Source: an uncultured Candidatus Poseidoniales archaeon (GTDB lineage: Archaea; Thermoplasmatota; Poseidoniia; Poseidoniales; Thalassarchaeaceae). From it: DNA of 64,000 nucleotides. The position numbers were made by a program, and so were the translations under genes. This document shows, piece after piece, positions 40,122 to 49,061 of this stretch (position 1 is the first letter of the stretch; each line of letters begins with the position of its first letter). The stretch covers positions 6,295 to 70,294 of the forward strand of contig CAZPCY010000008.1 of the NCBI GenBank assembly GCA_964585295.1, written 5' to 3'. The notes below the pieces were generated by a model. The model was not told the origin of the DNA. It saw only the letters and a list, made by a program, of their open reading frames with translations, and ran no database searches.

Positions 40122-41180
40122 TCAGTCACCGACGAGAGATTGCCAGGTCTCAACGAGTCGGACCGTGTAAACGTCGATATCGTGTTGCATGCTCTTGACG
40201 TGACCAGCCTTCGCCAATCGTCTCCTCTCCTCCGGGTCTGTCAGGAGCCGGTTCAGGCAATCTCCCAAGGCTCGGACATCCCCAGGTTCCACCATGAGGC
40301 CGTTCTCGCCATCCGTGACGACCTCGGGTATCCCTCCAACGGGGGTCGTCACGACTGCCAATGCGTTCCCCATCGCCTCCAACAGACCCATCGGCAAACC
40401 CTCGTTTCTGGATGGTAGGCAGTATACGTGGGATTCTCTCAACAGCCGATCTCGTTCATCGTCACTTACCCATCCGGTGATACGCACCAGTTTCTCCAAA
40501 CCGAGATCGGATGCCATCTTCCTCGCCTTATCCACCTCGCCATCGCCGCAGAGGACCAGTCTACCATTCTCCCTGACATCAGTCGCCAACCCTGCGAAGG
40601 CCTGAATGAGGTCGAACGTGCCCTTGCGATTACCAATTCTACCACTGAACAATATCTGTGTTGGAGGAGAAGTCGGTTCGCGAGGATTCCTCTCGACCCT
40701 GATTGGCGTGGGCATGATCACGATTCTATCCTCGTCGACTCCGCAAGAATCCCGATAGAAGCATGCCCAAGACTCGGAGAGAACGACGAATCGATGAGCT
40801 CGCCTGAATGCGAATCGTACCATCCATCGAAGGAAGAACGGGATTCGGGGCCAGAATATCTCATAATCTGAACTGTGGGCATGGAGTACCACCTTCGCAC
40901 CGAACAACCGCCAGGCTAGGGCGATTGCAATCTTTCTCGGAGTAGAGATGCTGTGAGAGAAGTGGATGTGCACGATCTTCGGCCTCCGACGAATTGCCCG
41001 CCAAGGAATCGTCACCATCTGCCAGATCCAGAGCGTTATCCTAGCAGCGATAGAGGTGTCCCGCATCGTGCCTCGCACTTCCACCTCAAACGGAATCGTG
41101 TCCGCTTCAAGTATGAGATTCTCCAAGGCAGAGATGCCACCCTTGACATCGAGCGCCGGACCATACATCAGGACCCGCAC
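40122..41180 (-). CDS. Glycosyltransferase family 4
   Basis: FSGRIGNRKG, PSRNEGLPMGLLEAM, VGGIPEVV. Confidence 0.92.
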   Translation of the reverse strand: MRVLMYGPALDVKGGISALENLILEADTIPFEVEVRGTMRDTSIAARITLWIWQMVTIPWRAIRRRPKIVHIHFSHSISTPRKIAIALAWRLFGAKVVLHAHSSDYEIFWPRIPFFLRWMVRFAFRRAHRFVVLSESWACFYRDSCGVDEDRIVIMPTPIRVERNPREPTSPPTQILFSGRIGNRKGTFDLIQAFAGLATDVRENGRLVLCGDGEVDKARKMASDLGLEKLVRITGWVSDDERDRLLRESHVYCLPSRNEGLPMGLLEAMGNALAVVTTPVGGIPEVVTDGENGLMVEPGDVRALGDCLNRLLTDPEERRRLAKAGHVKSMQHDIDVYTVRLVETWQSLVGD

Positions 41181-41303
41181 GATCTTTCCTCGACCCGTCG
41201 CACGATCATCCGGTGATTACGGTATCGGATTGGATGCTAGAGAGTCTTCCGGCAGAGTGAAATCAGCCGCTCCGCGGGTGAGCGAGACGGGGAATGGTCG
41301 GCC

Positions 41304-43196
41304 ATGTGTGGAATCGCTGGATGGCTCCACCCGACACATATCTCCCCTGCCTCAGGGGAACTAGAGCGCATGACCGAGGCAATCGCTCACAGAGGTCCGG
41401 ACGGTAGTGGGCATGTTTTCTTCGAGACAGGTGATGGGCATACCATCGCTCTTGGACATCGCCGCCTCTCGATCATCGATCTTGAAGGCGGTTCACAACC
41501 CATGCAGGATGAGTCGGGAGAGGTCACCATCATCTTCAACGGCGAGATATACAACCATCTTGAACTGAGGTTGGAATTGGAGGCGCTGGGGCACTCGTTC
41601 TCTACTGGTTCGGACACGGAGGCTATCATCGGAGGTTGGAAGGAGTGGGGCAGAGATGTAATTCCTCGACTGCGAGGCCAATTCGCGTTCGCACTGTGGG
41701 ATGCAGAGGAAGGATGCCTGCTTCTCGCGCGAGACGCTTATGGAATGAAGCCACTGTATGTCAGGCACGACGACGACGGTTTCTATTTCGCATCCGAGAT
41801 TAAGGCCCTTCTATCCATCCAAGGAGCCGAATCGGAATTCGACTCTGACGCCATATGGACCTACATGAGATTTCGATACACACCGTGGCCATCAACCATG
41901 TTCAAAGGAATTACGAAGATGCCTCCAGGGTCTGCGATGTTGTGGAAGGCAGGAAGTCTGCAGAGTTGGCGCTGGTATGTCAATCCGGACTCTCAGCGCA
42001 GGAATTCAAATAATTCAGAAGAGGCCCCAATCTCCGCATTTCTGGCAAGATTTGAGGAATCGGTCCGTATCAGGATGATGTCTGATGTCCCTTTCGGTGC
42101 CTTCCTCTCAGGAGGGATAGATTCCGCTGCAGTAGTGTCGATGATGTCGCGCCACTCGAATGAGCCAATCAAGACCTTCTCAGTCGGCTTCGAAGAGTCG
42201 GAATACAGCGAACTCGACCACGCCGCGGCTACAGCGAAAACATTCGGTTGTGACCACACTTCGCTCATCATCCGACCGGAGGATCTGATGGAACATCTAC
42301 CTGAGTTGATACGGCTGCGTGATGCTCCCGTAGCAGAACCCAGCGACATCCCAATCCACCTTTTGGCCCTCAAGGCATCCGATTCGGTCAAGATGGTCCT
42401 GACGGGAGAGGGGTCGGACGAATTCTTGGCAGGTTACGAGAAGCATGGATTGGAGGGACCAGCAGCAATCTATCGTAGATTGACTCCACGATTCTTGCAT
42501 CGGATGATTCTAGAGCCGGTGATTAGAGCTCTGCCATTCTCGATGCATCGGTGGAAGACGGCTATGGCGAGCGTTGGGTTGTCGCGGGATCCAGAGAGGA
42601 TGGCTAGGTGGTTCGGCGCGATGTCAGAGCGGGAGCGCGCACGCCTGTGCACCGATGTGGGAGCCTCCGATGTGGGAGGCAACCTACCTTTCACGACATC
42701 TAGAGGAAATAGCCGTCTGAGGCGCATCTTACACTTCGATCAGCTGAGTTGGCTCCCGGACAACCTCTTGGAGCGCGGCGACAGGATGACGATGGGAGCA
42801 AGCATCGAGGCTAGGATGCCCTTCATGGATACGGAATTGGCAGCATGGATTTCGTCTCTCCCTGACCGGATGCGTCGTAGGCGTGGATCATCGAAGCGCA
42901 TCTTGAGATTGGCGATGGCCGAGGTTCTGCCAACCGATATTCTGAATAGACCCAAGGTCGGATTCCGAGTTCCAGTCAGTGATTGGTTCAGAGATGAGAT
43001 GCATGAGTGGCTGCGAGATTTGCTCATGGGAGAATCATCGCTGACCAAGAATCTGTATTTGGAACAAGAGGTGGAACGCATTTTGGACGATCACCGAAGG
43101 TCACGTCAGAACCATGAGAAACTGCTCTGGACGATGGCCACGCTGGAGTTGTTCCATAGAGAGTATTCCGAACCAGTAACGATAACAACGAGTTGA
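41304..43196 (+). CDS. asnB: AsnB-type glutamine amidotransferase (glycan-associated), copy 2
   Basis: MCGIAG, HRGPDG, HRRLSIID, FNGEIYN, LSGGIDS, GEGSDE..AGY, EARMPF. Confidence 0.92.
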   Translation: MCGIAGWLHPTHISPASGELERMTEAIAHRGPDGSGHVFFETGDGHTIALGHRRLSIIDLEGGSQPMQDESGEVTIIFNGEIYNHLELRLELEALGHSFSTGSDTEAIIGGWKEWGRDVIPRLRGQFAFALWDAEEGCLLLARDAYGMKPLYVRHDDDGFYFASEIKALLSIQGAESEFDSDAIWTYMRFRYTPWPSTMFKGITKMPPGSAMLWKAGSLQSWRWYVNPDSQRRNSNNSEEAPISAFLARFEESVRIRMMSDVPFGAFLSGGIDSAAVVSMMSRHSNEPIKTFSVGFEESEYSELDHAAATAKTFGCDHTSLIIRPEDLMEHLPELIRLRDAPVAEPSDIPIHLLALKASDSVKMVLTGEGSDEFLAGYEKHGLEGPAAIYRRLTPRFLHRMILEPVIRALPFSMHRWKTAMASVGLSRDPERMARWFGAMSERERARLCTDVGASDVGGNLPFTTSRGNSRLRRILHFDQLSWLPDNLLERGDRMTMGASIEARMPFMDTELAAWISSLPDRMRRRRGSSKRILRLAMAEVLPTDILNRPKVGFRVPVSDWFRDEMHEWLRDLLMGESSLTKNLYLEQEVERILDDHRRSRQNHEKLLWTMATLELFHREYSEPVTITTS

Positions 43197-43234
43197 GCGT
43201 TGAAGTAGTCGTTGGATGTCCCGATGCCGTTCGC

Positions 43235-44545
43235 ATGCGAGTCGTAGTCGTCGGTGGAGGCAGAATCGGATTGCCAATGGCGGTCACCGCGACTGATCGA
43301 GGCCATCGGACCACCATCTTGGAGGTCTCGGAGAAGACTGTGGCTTCCATCAGCGCCGGATCCGCGCCATTCGAAGAACCCGGAATGCAAGCGCCTCTGA
43401 CCGCCCATGTCAATTCCGGGCTGCTAGATGCCACACTCGACCAGAGCGTCGCCAGCGAAGCGGAGGTGGTGCTATGCGCGATTGGGACCGGCTTGGAAGA
43501 GGATGGCTCAGCCGACCTATCGGCTCTCGAATCCCTTTCCCGATCGATCGGTGCGCACCTCTCATCGGGTGTGCTCTTCGTGTTCAAGACGACCTTGCCG
43601 GTCGGTACAACCGAGAGAATGGCAGCCCTCCTCGCTGCTGCGAGCGGTCTATCGCTCGACGATGAGTTGCGGGTCTGCTTCAGCCCCGAACGGATTGTCG
43701 AGGGGAAGGCGATGGAGGAGATGCGTTCTCTGCCGAAGATTATCGGCGGTATCGGCCCCGCCTCAGCCGCTGCCGGCGCATCGTTCTACGAGACGATAGG
43801 AGGCAAGATCATCCACGTTTCCGATTCGCGTACTGCCGAGTTGTGCAAGCTTCTGGACAACGCCTACCGTATGACTAGGTTCGGATTCTCGTCTGATGTC
43901 GCATCACTGGCGAAGTCAGTCGGCGTCGATGCATACGAAGCGATCACGGCTGCTAATGCCGAATACTCAAGGAACAGCATCCCTCTGCCATCGATGGGGG
44001 TCTCGGGATACTGCCTCACGAAGGACCCACTCTACCTCGACATGGCCGCGGGAAGGATTTCCCAACGCAGAGGCTTCCCGACCGTATGGATGGCTGCCCG
44101 GCGCGCCGCGGATGACCAGATGGCGATGACCGAAATGGCGATTCTCGATGCCATCTCATCCACCGAATCACCAGTCGTTGTCCTCGGTGGTCTGACCTAC
44201 AAGGAGGATGTCGCAGATGTCCGGGAGAGCCACGGCGTCGACCTCGCTCGCTCCTTACGGGCGAAGGGGATAGCGGTTCACGCATGGGACCCATGTCTCG
44301 GAGATTGCTCTGTCGACGGGATTGAGGTTCGAGGTTCTGCCGAAGAGGCACTCGAGGGTGCCGACTTGCTGGCCATAACTGTCCCACATCGAGAGTTCCT
44401 CGACCTCGCCGAGAACAGCAAAGCCCTCGCGGCAGCCCTCGCCATGATGCGAACCCAGAGGGTGTATGATGGATGGGGAGTGTGGCGTTCTACGCTCCTT
44501 TCTTCCGATGTCACCTACCAAGGATGCGGACTCCCGGGTCGCTGA
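43235..44545 (+). CDS. UDP-glucose/GDP-mannose/UDP-HexNAc 6-dehydrogenase (WecC/WbpA-like)
   Basis: GGGRIGLP, FEEPG, KTTLPVGTTE, SPERI.EG, catalytic GYCLTKD, GLTYKEDVADVRES. Confidence 0.9.
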   Translation: MRVVVVGGGRIGLPMAVTATDRGHRTTILEVSEKTVASISAGSAPFEEPGMQAPLTAHVNSGLLDATLDQSVASEAEVVLCAIGTGLEEDGSADLSALESLSRSIGAHLSSGVLFVFKTTLPVGTTERMAALLAAASGLSLDDELRVCFSPERIVEGKAMEEMRSLPKIIGGIGPASAAAGASFYETIGGKIIHVSDSRTAELCKLLDNAYRMTRFGFSSDVASLAKSVGVDAYEAITAANAEYSRNSIPLPSMGVSGYCLTKDPLYLDMAAGRISQRRGFPTVWMAARRAADDQMAMTEMAILDAISSTESPVVVLGGLTYKEDVADVRESHGVDLARSLRAKGIAVHAWDPCLGDCSVDGIEVRGSAEEALEGADLLAITVPHREFLDLAENSKALAAALAMMRTQRVYDGWGVWRSTLLSSDVTYQGCGLPGR

Positions 44546-44608
44546 TGCTGCTCCACACATCTATCCGAGACCGAGTGTAGACCCCGCCGCACTTATCACC
44601 ACGGCCGT

Positions 44609-45910
44609 ATGGCGGCCGGCATGGCGCCAGCCGCATCCCTCTCCATAGCCATGGGGGCTGGCATAGCCCAATGTACGCTCGGCTTGGCCACCGTGGCTCC
44701 TTTCTTGGTTCATCGCATCATCACAGGCCGCTGGTCTAGGCGGGGATTGCCTCTCCTTCCAGATTCCGTCGACACCATGCCGTTCATCTCGCTCGTGTTG
44801 CCGACTTGGAACGAGGGCCTAATCATCGAGGGGAAGATGGCCGACATCGCTGCCCAAGAGTATCCGAGAGAGAGTTTGGAAGTCATCGTCATCGATGCTG
44901 CTTCGGACGACGACACGGTGGAGCGAGTGAGGGATTGGCTCTCTAGGAATGCCGATGACCCTATCGCCAATCGGTTTCGGATTATAGAGGAAGAGGAGAG
45001 AGCGGGCAAATCGGTCTCGATCAACCTCGCCTTCGAGGCAGCAACGGAGGAGGCCGAGGTCCTGATGATGAGCGATGTCGACTGTCGACTCTCTCCAGGC
45101 GCCTTGATGCATGTCGGTCGCCGCTTCCTTGACGATTCCATCGGTGCAGTCACTGGCCGTCAGGTCATCCTCAATCCCGATGTGAGCCAGAAGACCGAGG
45201 AGGAGGTGACTTACAGGAACGCATTCACCGTCTTCAGAATCGGCGAGAGTTGCGCCGATTCGACACCAATATTCCATGGCGAGTGTGCCGCTTACCGCCG
45301 CTCCTCTTTAGGGGGTCATCGACTGGTGGAAGGGGCGAATGCCGATGACAGCCAGATGGCAGTGGCCGTGCGTAGGAAGGGGACTCGAGCGATATACGAC
45401 CCCAATCTAGTGTTCCATGAACTCGCTCCGCCCGACGGCGAGGCGCAGAGCATCCAGAAGGTGCGCAGAGCGCAAGGCCTCGTCAGGCATTTCTGGCGCA
45501 ATCGCGACCTCGCCTTCCGACCTCGACATGGAGCATTCGGCTGGACGATGGGTGTCGGATTGCACATGCATGTCCTCGCTCCGTGGCTGATGGTGTTCGG
45601 ATTCCTGACCGGTATCGTCGCTGTTGCTGAACCTCTATCGATGCACGGTCCGAGCGAGATGCTCTTTGGAGGTGAGGTGCCGCTACTGCTCACAGTCCTA
45701 GCTTGCATCGATGCGTTCGTCCTATTGCTGCTGATTGCAGGCGCCTTGGGAATACCCGTCCCCATCTCAGGTGTTGCATGGACCTTCTTCGCTTACATGC
45801 TCGTCTTGCTCCGTGCCCAGACTCTGATAATGAGAGGGAAAAGCCTGCATCGATGGGAGCAGGTGCGGGCGGTTCGAGAGGCTCTCGCGGAGATGGAGAG
45901 AGTCGACTAA
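44609..45910 (+). CDS. Membrane-bound glycosyltransferase family 2
   Basis: SLVLPTWNE, IDAASDD.T, GKS..IN, SDVD, ADD, QKVRRAQG; flanking TM helices. Confidence 0.9.
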   Translation: MAAGMAPAASLSIAMGAGIAQCTLGLATVAPFLVHRIITGRWSRRGLPLLPDSVDTMPFISLVLPTWNEGLIIEGKMADIAAQEYPRESLEVIVIDAASDDDTVERVRDWLSRNADDPIANRFRIIEEEERAGKSVSINLAFEAATEEAEVLMMSDVDCRLSPGALMHVGRRFLDDSIGAVTGRQVILNPDVSQKTEEEVTYRNAFTVFRIGESCADSTPIFHGECAAYRRSSLGGHRLVEGANADDSQMAVAVRRKGTRAIYDPNLVFHELAPPDGEAQSIQKVRRAQGLVRHFWRNRDLAFRPRHGAFGWTMGVGLHMHVLAPWLMVFGFLTGIVAVAEPLSMHGPSEMLFGGEVPLLLTVLACIDAFVLLLLIAGALGIPVPISGVAWTFFAYMLVLLRAQTLIMRGKSLHRWEQVRAVREALAEMERVD

Positions 45911-46084
45911 TCACCAATCATTCCTAGTTGATTCTTAGCCACGCAAGCATGGTTGAGACAATGTCTCTCCGGCAGCCATCAATCCATCGAGTATTGAGAG
46001 AGGCAATCGATCACACACCTCATGATGATGAGGTTTGGGAACCCGGGAATCCGCTTCGAATGCGCGGATAGAAGAGAGGGGTTG

Positions 46085-46124
46085 AGGGATCCCGGGGGGA
46101 GCGTCAGCCGCCCCCAGGGTCCCT
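46085..46124. terminator. GC-rich hairpin between convergent GT2 and pilin genes (terminator/3' stabiliser candidate)
   Basis: AGGGAtCCcGGGGG (46085-46098) pairs with CCCCCaGGgTCCCT (46111-46124); pyrimidine-rich tract follows on the minus strand. Confidence 0.45.
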
Positions 46125-46178
46125 TGGATGAATCCGTGCCAATGATTGGCAGGTCTTCTCGTGAACCGATGCTCAGGT

Positions 46179-46679
46179 TCAGACGACGTTCGCGTTGGGC
46201 GAGCCCGCAACCGCGATGCCGTTGTACGAGACGGAGATCTTCACGGAGCAGGAAGCATCCGCGCCACCGCCACAGATGTTGGCAGTCTGCTCCTTGACGA
46301 AGATAATCTCGTCGTGCTCCCACTTCGTGTCGTCGTCTCCGCTGCTCTGGTCGAAGCCGCAGTCGGCGTCGGCGGCGACCTTGCACGAGTAGACGTTGTC
46401 ACCGACCTCCAAGTTGAAGGTCACGAACGCCCAGTTCAGGTCGTCCTGTGCATTCGTCCACGCGACGCGCAGCAGGGTGTCGGTGCTGGCGGCACTCGCT
46501 GCAGCGCTCGCATCCGAGGCCTGGAAGTTATTCCGGGTCCCGGTGTCGGGCTGGTCGTTCGCTAGGCTGTTGGCCCAGACGTACAGTACGCCCGCCAACA
46601 CGACGGTAATCGCAACCATCAGGATGGTCGCGATGACCGGGCTCACAGCCTCTTCGTTCTTCTTCATGTCGTTCTTCAT
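46179..46679 (-). CDS. Archaeal type IV pilin (class III signal peptide)
   Basis: KKNEEA|VSPVIATILMVAITVVLAGVLYVW; GAGGAGG Shine-Dalgarno upstream; 4 Cys in the globular domain. Confidence 0.93.
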   Translation of the reverse strand: MKNDMKKNEEAVSPVIATILMVAITVVLAGVLYVWANSLANDQPDTGTRNNFQASDASAAASAASTDTLLRVAWTNAQDDLNWAFVTFNLEVGDNVYSCKVAADADCGFDQSSGDDDTKWEHDEIIFVKEQTANICGGGADASCSVKISVSYNGIAVAGSPNANVV

Positions 46680-46731
46680 TTCTTTGTCCTCCTCCCCCAG
46701 CGGGGGCACTTCGTACGCAGGTCTCTGTTAG

Positions 46732-46738
46732 ATATTAA
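46732..46738 (-). promoter_or_regulatory. Putative TATA box of pilin gene (TTAATAT)
   Basis: AT-rich heptamer in a GC-rich genome, ~55 nt upstream of the pilin ATG. Confidence 0.5.
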
Positions 46739-46967
46739 TGTAATCCCCGCCCCGATTCCAAAAAGGCCGATAACAATCGGTGTACTGCTCCCAAACTCTG
46801 CTTATCCGAAGAGAGGTTGGATGCCATATCTACATCGGCGTGCAATCGCCTTTCAAGAGATTGGTACAAGAGATTTGTGAGCATAAACTGGAACTCTATA
46901 GTGAGGGCTTCTCTTAGGTGTGCAATTTGAATTCCATCCGATTGATTTCTACCGCTAGAATCAGTTG

Positions 46968-47036
46968 GTGTACAGGGCGAGAAGCACAGCGCGAGGGGAT
47001 GGGATGCACTCAGCGAGACCTTTCGGCCCTGTACAC
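46968..47036. repeat. 11-bp perfect inverted repeat with 47-bp spacer
   Basis: GTGTACAGGGC (46968-46978) / GCCCTGTACAC (47026-47036). Confidence 0.8.
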
Positions 47037-47102
47037 TGCAATGCGTGGGCCGACGCTGTATAATCATTATCGAGTAACTAGAACTTGGCCCTGAATCGGA
47101 CC

Positions 47103-48113
47103 TCAAGCGACGGTGGTTATCTCGGGCCCGCCCTCGGTCACCAGCACCGTGTGTTCGAATTGGCCGATCGATCCTCCGTCAGAGCATCGGAGAGCGTGAT
47201 AGGTTTCCAGAAACCTGATTGATGTGAGCTTCTTCGCAAGTGCGTTCCACTTCCTCATTCTGTTTTCCTCCCCTTCCTTGGGGAATGGCTTCTCCAGTAG
47301 AGGATAGGCCCAGCGCTCCGCGAACGGCAAGGTCGAGTATCGCTCTTCGATGTATCTCGCCATCGTCGCGCCCAACGGTTTGAGGCGCCCCTTCGCCAGC
47401 GCCTTCCTGATATCCACCCCACCCGTTACTCGATAGATGTTCGATGAGTTTCTAGGAGGAACATTCTCCACCAGACCACTCCCCCCCGTTGTGTTGAATG
47501 GCTCGATTGCGAATACACCTCCAAGCGGCACCTCGCCTTTGAAGGACGGATTGTTCGCACCACATGCATGGCTGGGTACGGAGGTGCCGGCGTGGAGATC
47601 GAAGGTCTTCAATTCGTGTCCGCATAGGTTCCTGATTGGCTCGAATCCGGCATCCGTGCTCGCCTGTTCAGCCGCGGCACCGACTTCGTGCCAAGGCGTT
47701 CCGGGATGCATCCTCTCAATCGCGGCATCGCGCGCCTCGCGCGCGGCCCGTATCTGGTCGGTGTGCTTGCGACCTCCGCCGACCTCGACCGTCATCGCGT
47801 TATCGGCGATGGCTCCCTTCACATGTACGCCGACATCGAGTTTCACAAGGTCCCCCTTCTGAAGCACCATATCCCCCTTCCATCCCTCGGGTGGTTTCAT
47901 CGTGTGGTCGGTCGTGAAGTGGGCTGCGAAGTCGTTGACGCAGAGGGTCACTGGGAAGGCCGGCTTTGCACCGTGTCGCTTGATGTAACGCTCGGATGCA
48001 TCGATGATGGAGTGCCAAGATGCGCCGGCGACGATCTCGGACTCCATCGCTTCGAGCGTGCGACGCGCCACATGGCCGGCGTTCCGCCAGTTCTTCAAGT
48101 CGCGCTCGTCCAT
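47103..48113 (-). CDS. map: Methionine aminopeptidase type II
   Basis: AFPV..CVN..AAHFT, KLDVGVH..G.IAD.A.T, NLCGH, AIEPF, QFEHTV; type II insert present. Confidence 0.95.
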   Translation of the reverse strand: MDERDLKNWRNAGHVARRTLEAMESEIVAGASWHSIIDASERYIKRHGAKPAFPVTLCVNDFAAHFTTDHTMKPPEGWKGDMVLQKGDLVKLDVGVHVKGAIADNAMTVEVGGGRKHTDQIRAAREARDAAIERMHPGTPWHEVGAAAEQASTDAGFEPIRNLCGHELKTFDLHAGTSVPSHACGANNPSFKGEVPLGGVFAIEPFNTTGGSGLVENVPPRNSSNIYRVTGGVDIRKALAKGRLKPLGATMARYIEERYSTLPFAERWAYPLLEKPFPKEGEENRMRKWNALAKKLTSIRFLETYHALRCSDGGSIGQFEHTVLVTEGGPEITTVA

Positions 48114-48721
48114 GCTGCGTGCACCTCTTCCTCTGTCACGACACCTATCCGCAGAATCTCCGGCGTATCCTCGACATGACGCGCAGCGAGGAATGCGGGC
48201 CACCGTATCAAGGTACTGGGTGCCCCGCCGGGACAGTCGCCGGGAAAGACCGCCGATTTCGGAAGCCCCAGCGATTCAGCAGCCGCCCAGCAGTCCGACA
48301 GACAGGTCTCTCCACTCCTGTTGGCCGATGTCGCGGTTAATGGCCCCGTTCGTTCCAATAGTGCCCTCGCCACCGGATGGACGGCTGGTCTGATGGCTAC
48401 CATCCCTCCACCTATCCTTTGGTCGGCCCCAACCTTGGCTGGGAGGATGACACTGATGGATCCCTTCGGCAGACGATTGAGGAACGCCTCCAAGGATTCA
48501 GGGATGTGCACGATTTCAGCAGCGTCCTGCAATACTGCCACCGCGAGGCTCACTGGCATTCCTGCACCTCGGCTCTTCAAATCGAAGAGGTAGTCTAGCC
48601 CGACTGGCGTTGGGTGGACACCGAGGGCGGGCAGCGTCGATGTAGGATAGACGATCGGCAGATCACGGTCGAGTCGGGCCAGCACCTCTTCGAGATCGTC
48701 GTCCACCGCCTCCACACCCAA
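48095..48721 (-). CDS. tsaC: L-threonylcarbamoyladenylate synthase, short YrdC/TsaC type
   Basis: YPT, LKSR...P, VAIR, GPLTATSANRSG, PSTLI; no Sua5 C-terminal domain. Confidence 0.85.
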   Translation of the reverse strand: MGVEAVDDDLEEVLARLDRDLPIVYPTSTLPALGVHPTPVGLDYLFDLKSRGAGMPVSLAVAVLQDAAEIVHIPESLEAFLNRLPKGSISVILPAKVGADQRIGGGMVAIRPAVHPVARALLERTGPLTATSANRSGETCLSDCWAAAESLGLPKSAVFPGDCPGGAPSTLIRWPAFLAARHVEDTPEILRIGVVTEEEVHAAWTSAT

Positions 48722-48733
48722 TTCAATTCACTC

Positions 48734-49012
48734 TTATTGATCTGCCAACCACAGTGCTACGTGGTCGGCGCCGATCCTCTTCGCGAGTTCCTCGTCATTA
48801 CTCTTGACGAGGAGTCGTCCGCTCGGAAAGAGCGTCAGCCCTGCCTCTCCCTCAAAGACGTGGCAGAGCCGGTTGCGTATGGTGCAGGTCCAGCCCGCAG
48901 CCTCGATTCGGTTGCTGACGACCTCCAGATTGATGCGGGCATCGTCCTCCGGGATTATGGTCCACGCTGCACGGCCGCTGCACATCTCTAGTACGAATCC
49001 ACCCTCCGTCAT
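48734..49012 (-). CDS. Small 92-aa protein resembling the C-terminal extension of ThiF/MoeB-like enzymes
   Basis: ATG at 49012 inside the 302-aa ORF; LEMCSGRAAW..INLE...LTLFPSGRLLVK. Confidence 0.6.
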   Translation of the reverse strand: MTEGGFVLEMCSGRAAWTIIPEDDARINLEVVSNRIEAAGWTCTIRNRLCHVFEGEAGLTLFPSGRLLVKSNDEELAKRIGADHVALWLADQ

Positions 49013-49061
49013 GCCTGTGCCCGCATCCCTCGGACCGCTCACTGTTCTCAAGCCTCTCGGC

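Noticed and set aside
29884-45910. Glycan locus as a mobile element or provirus
   Set aside because: No integrase, transposase, tRNA attachment site or flanking direct repeats seen.
46735-47106. 123-aa minus-strand ORF between map and pilin
   Set aside because: No recognisable motifs, atypical composition, and it overlaps the pilin promoter; treated as non-coding.
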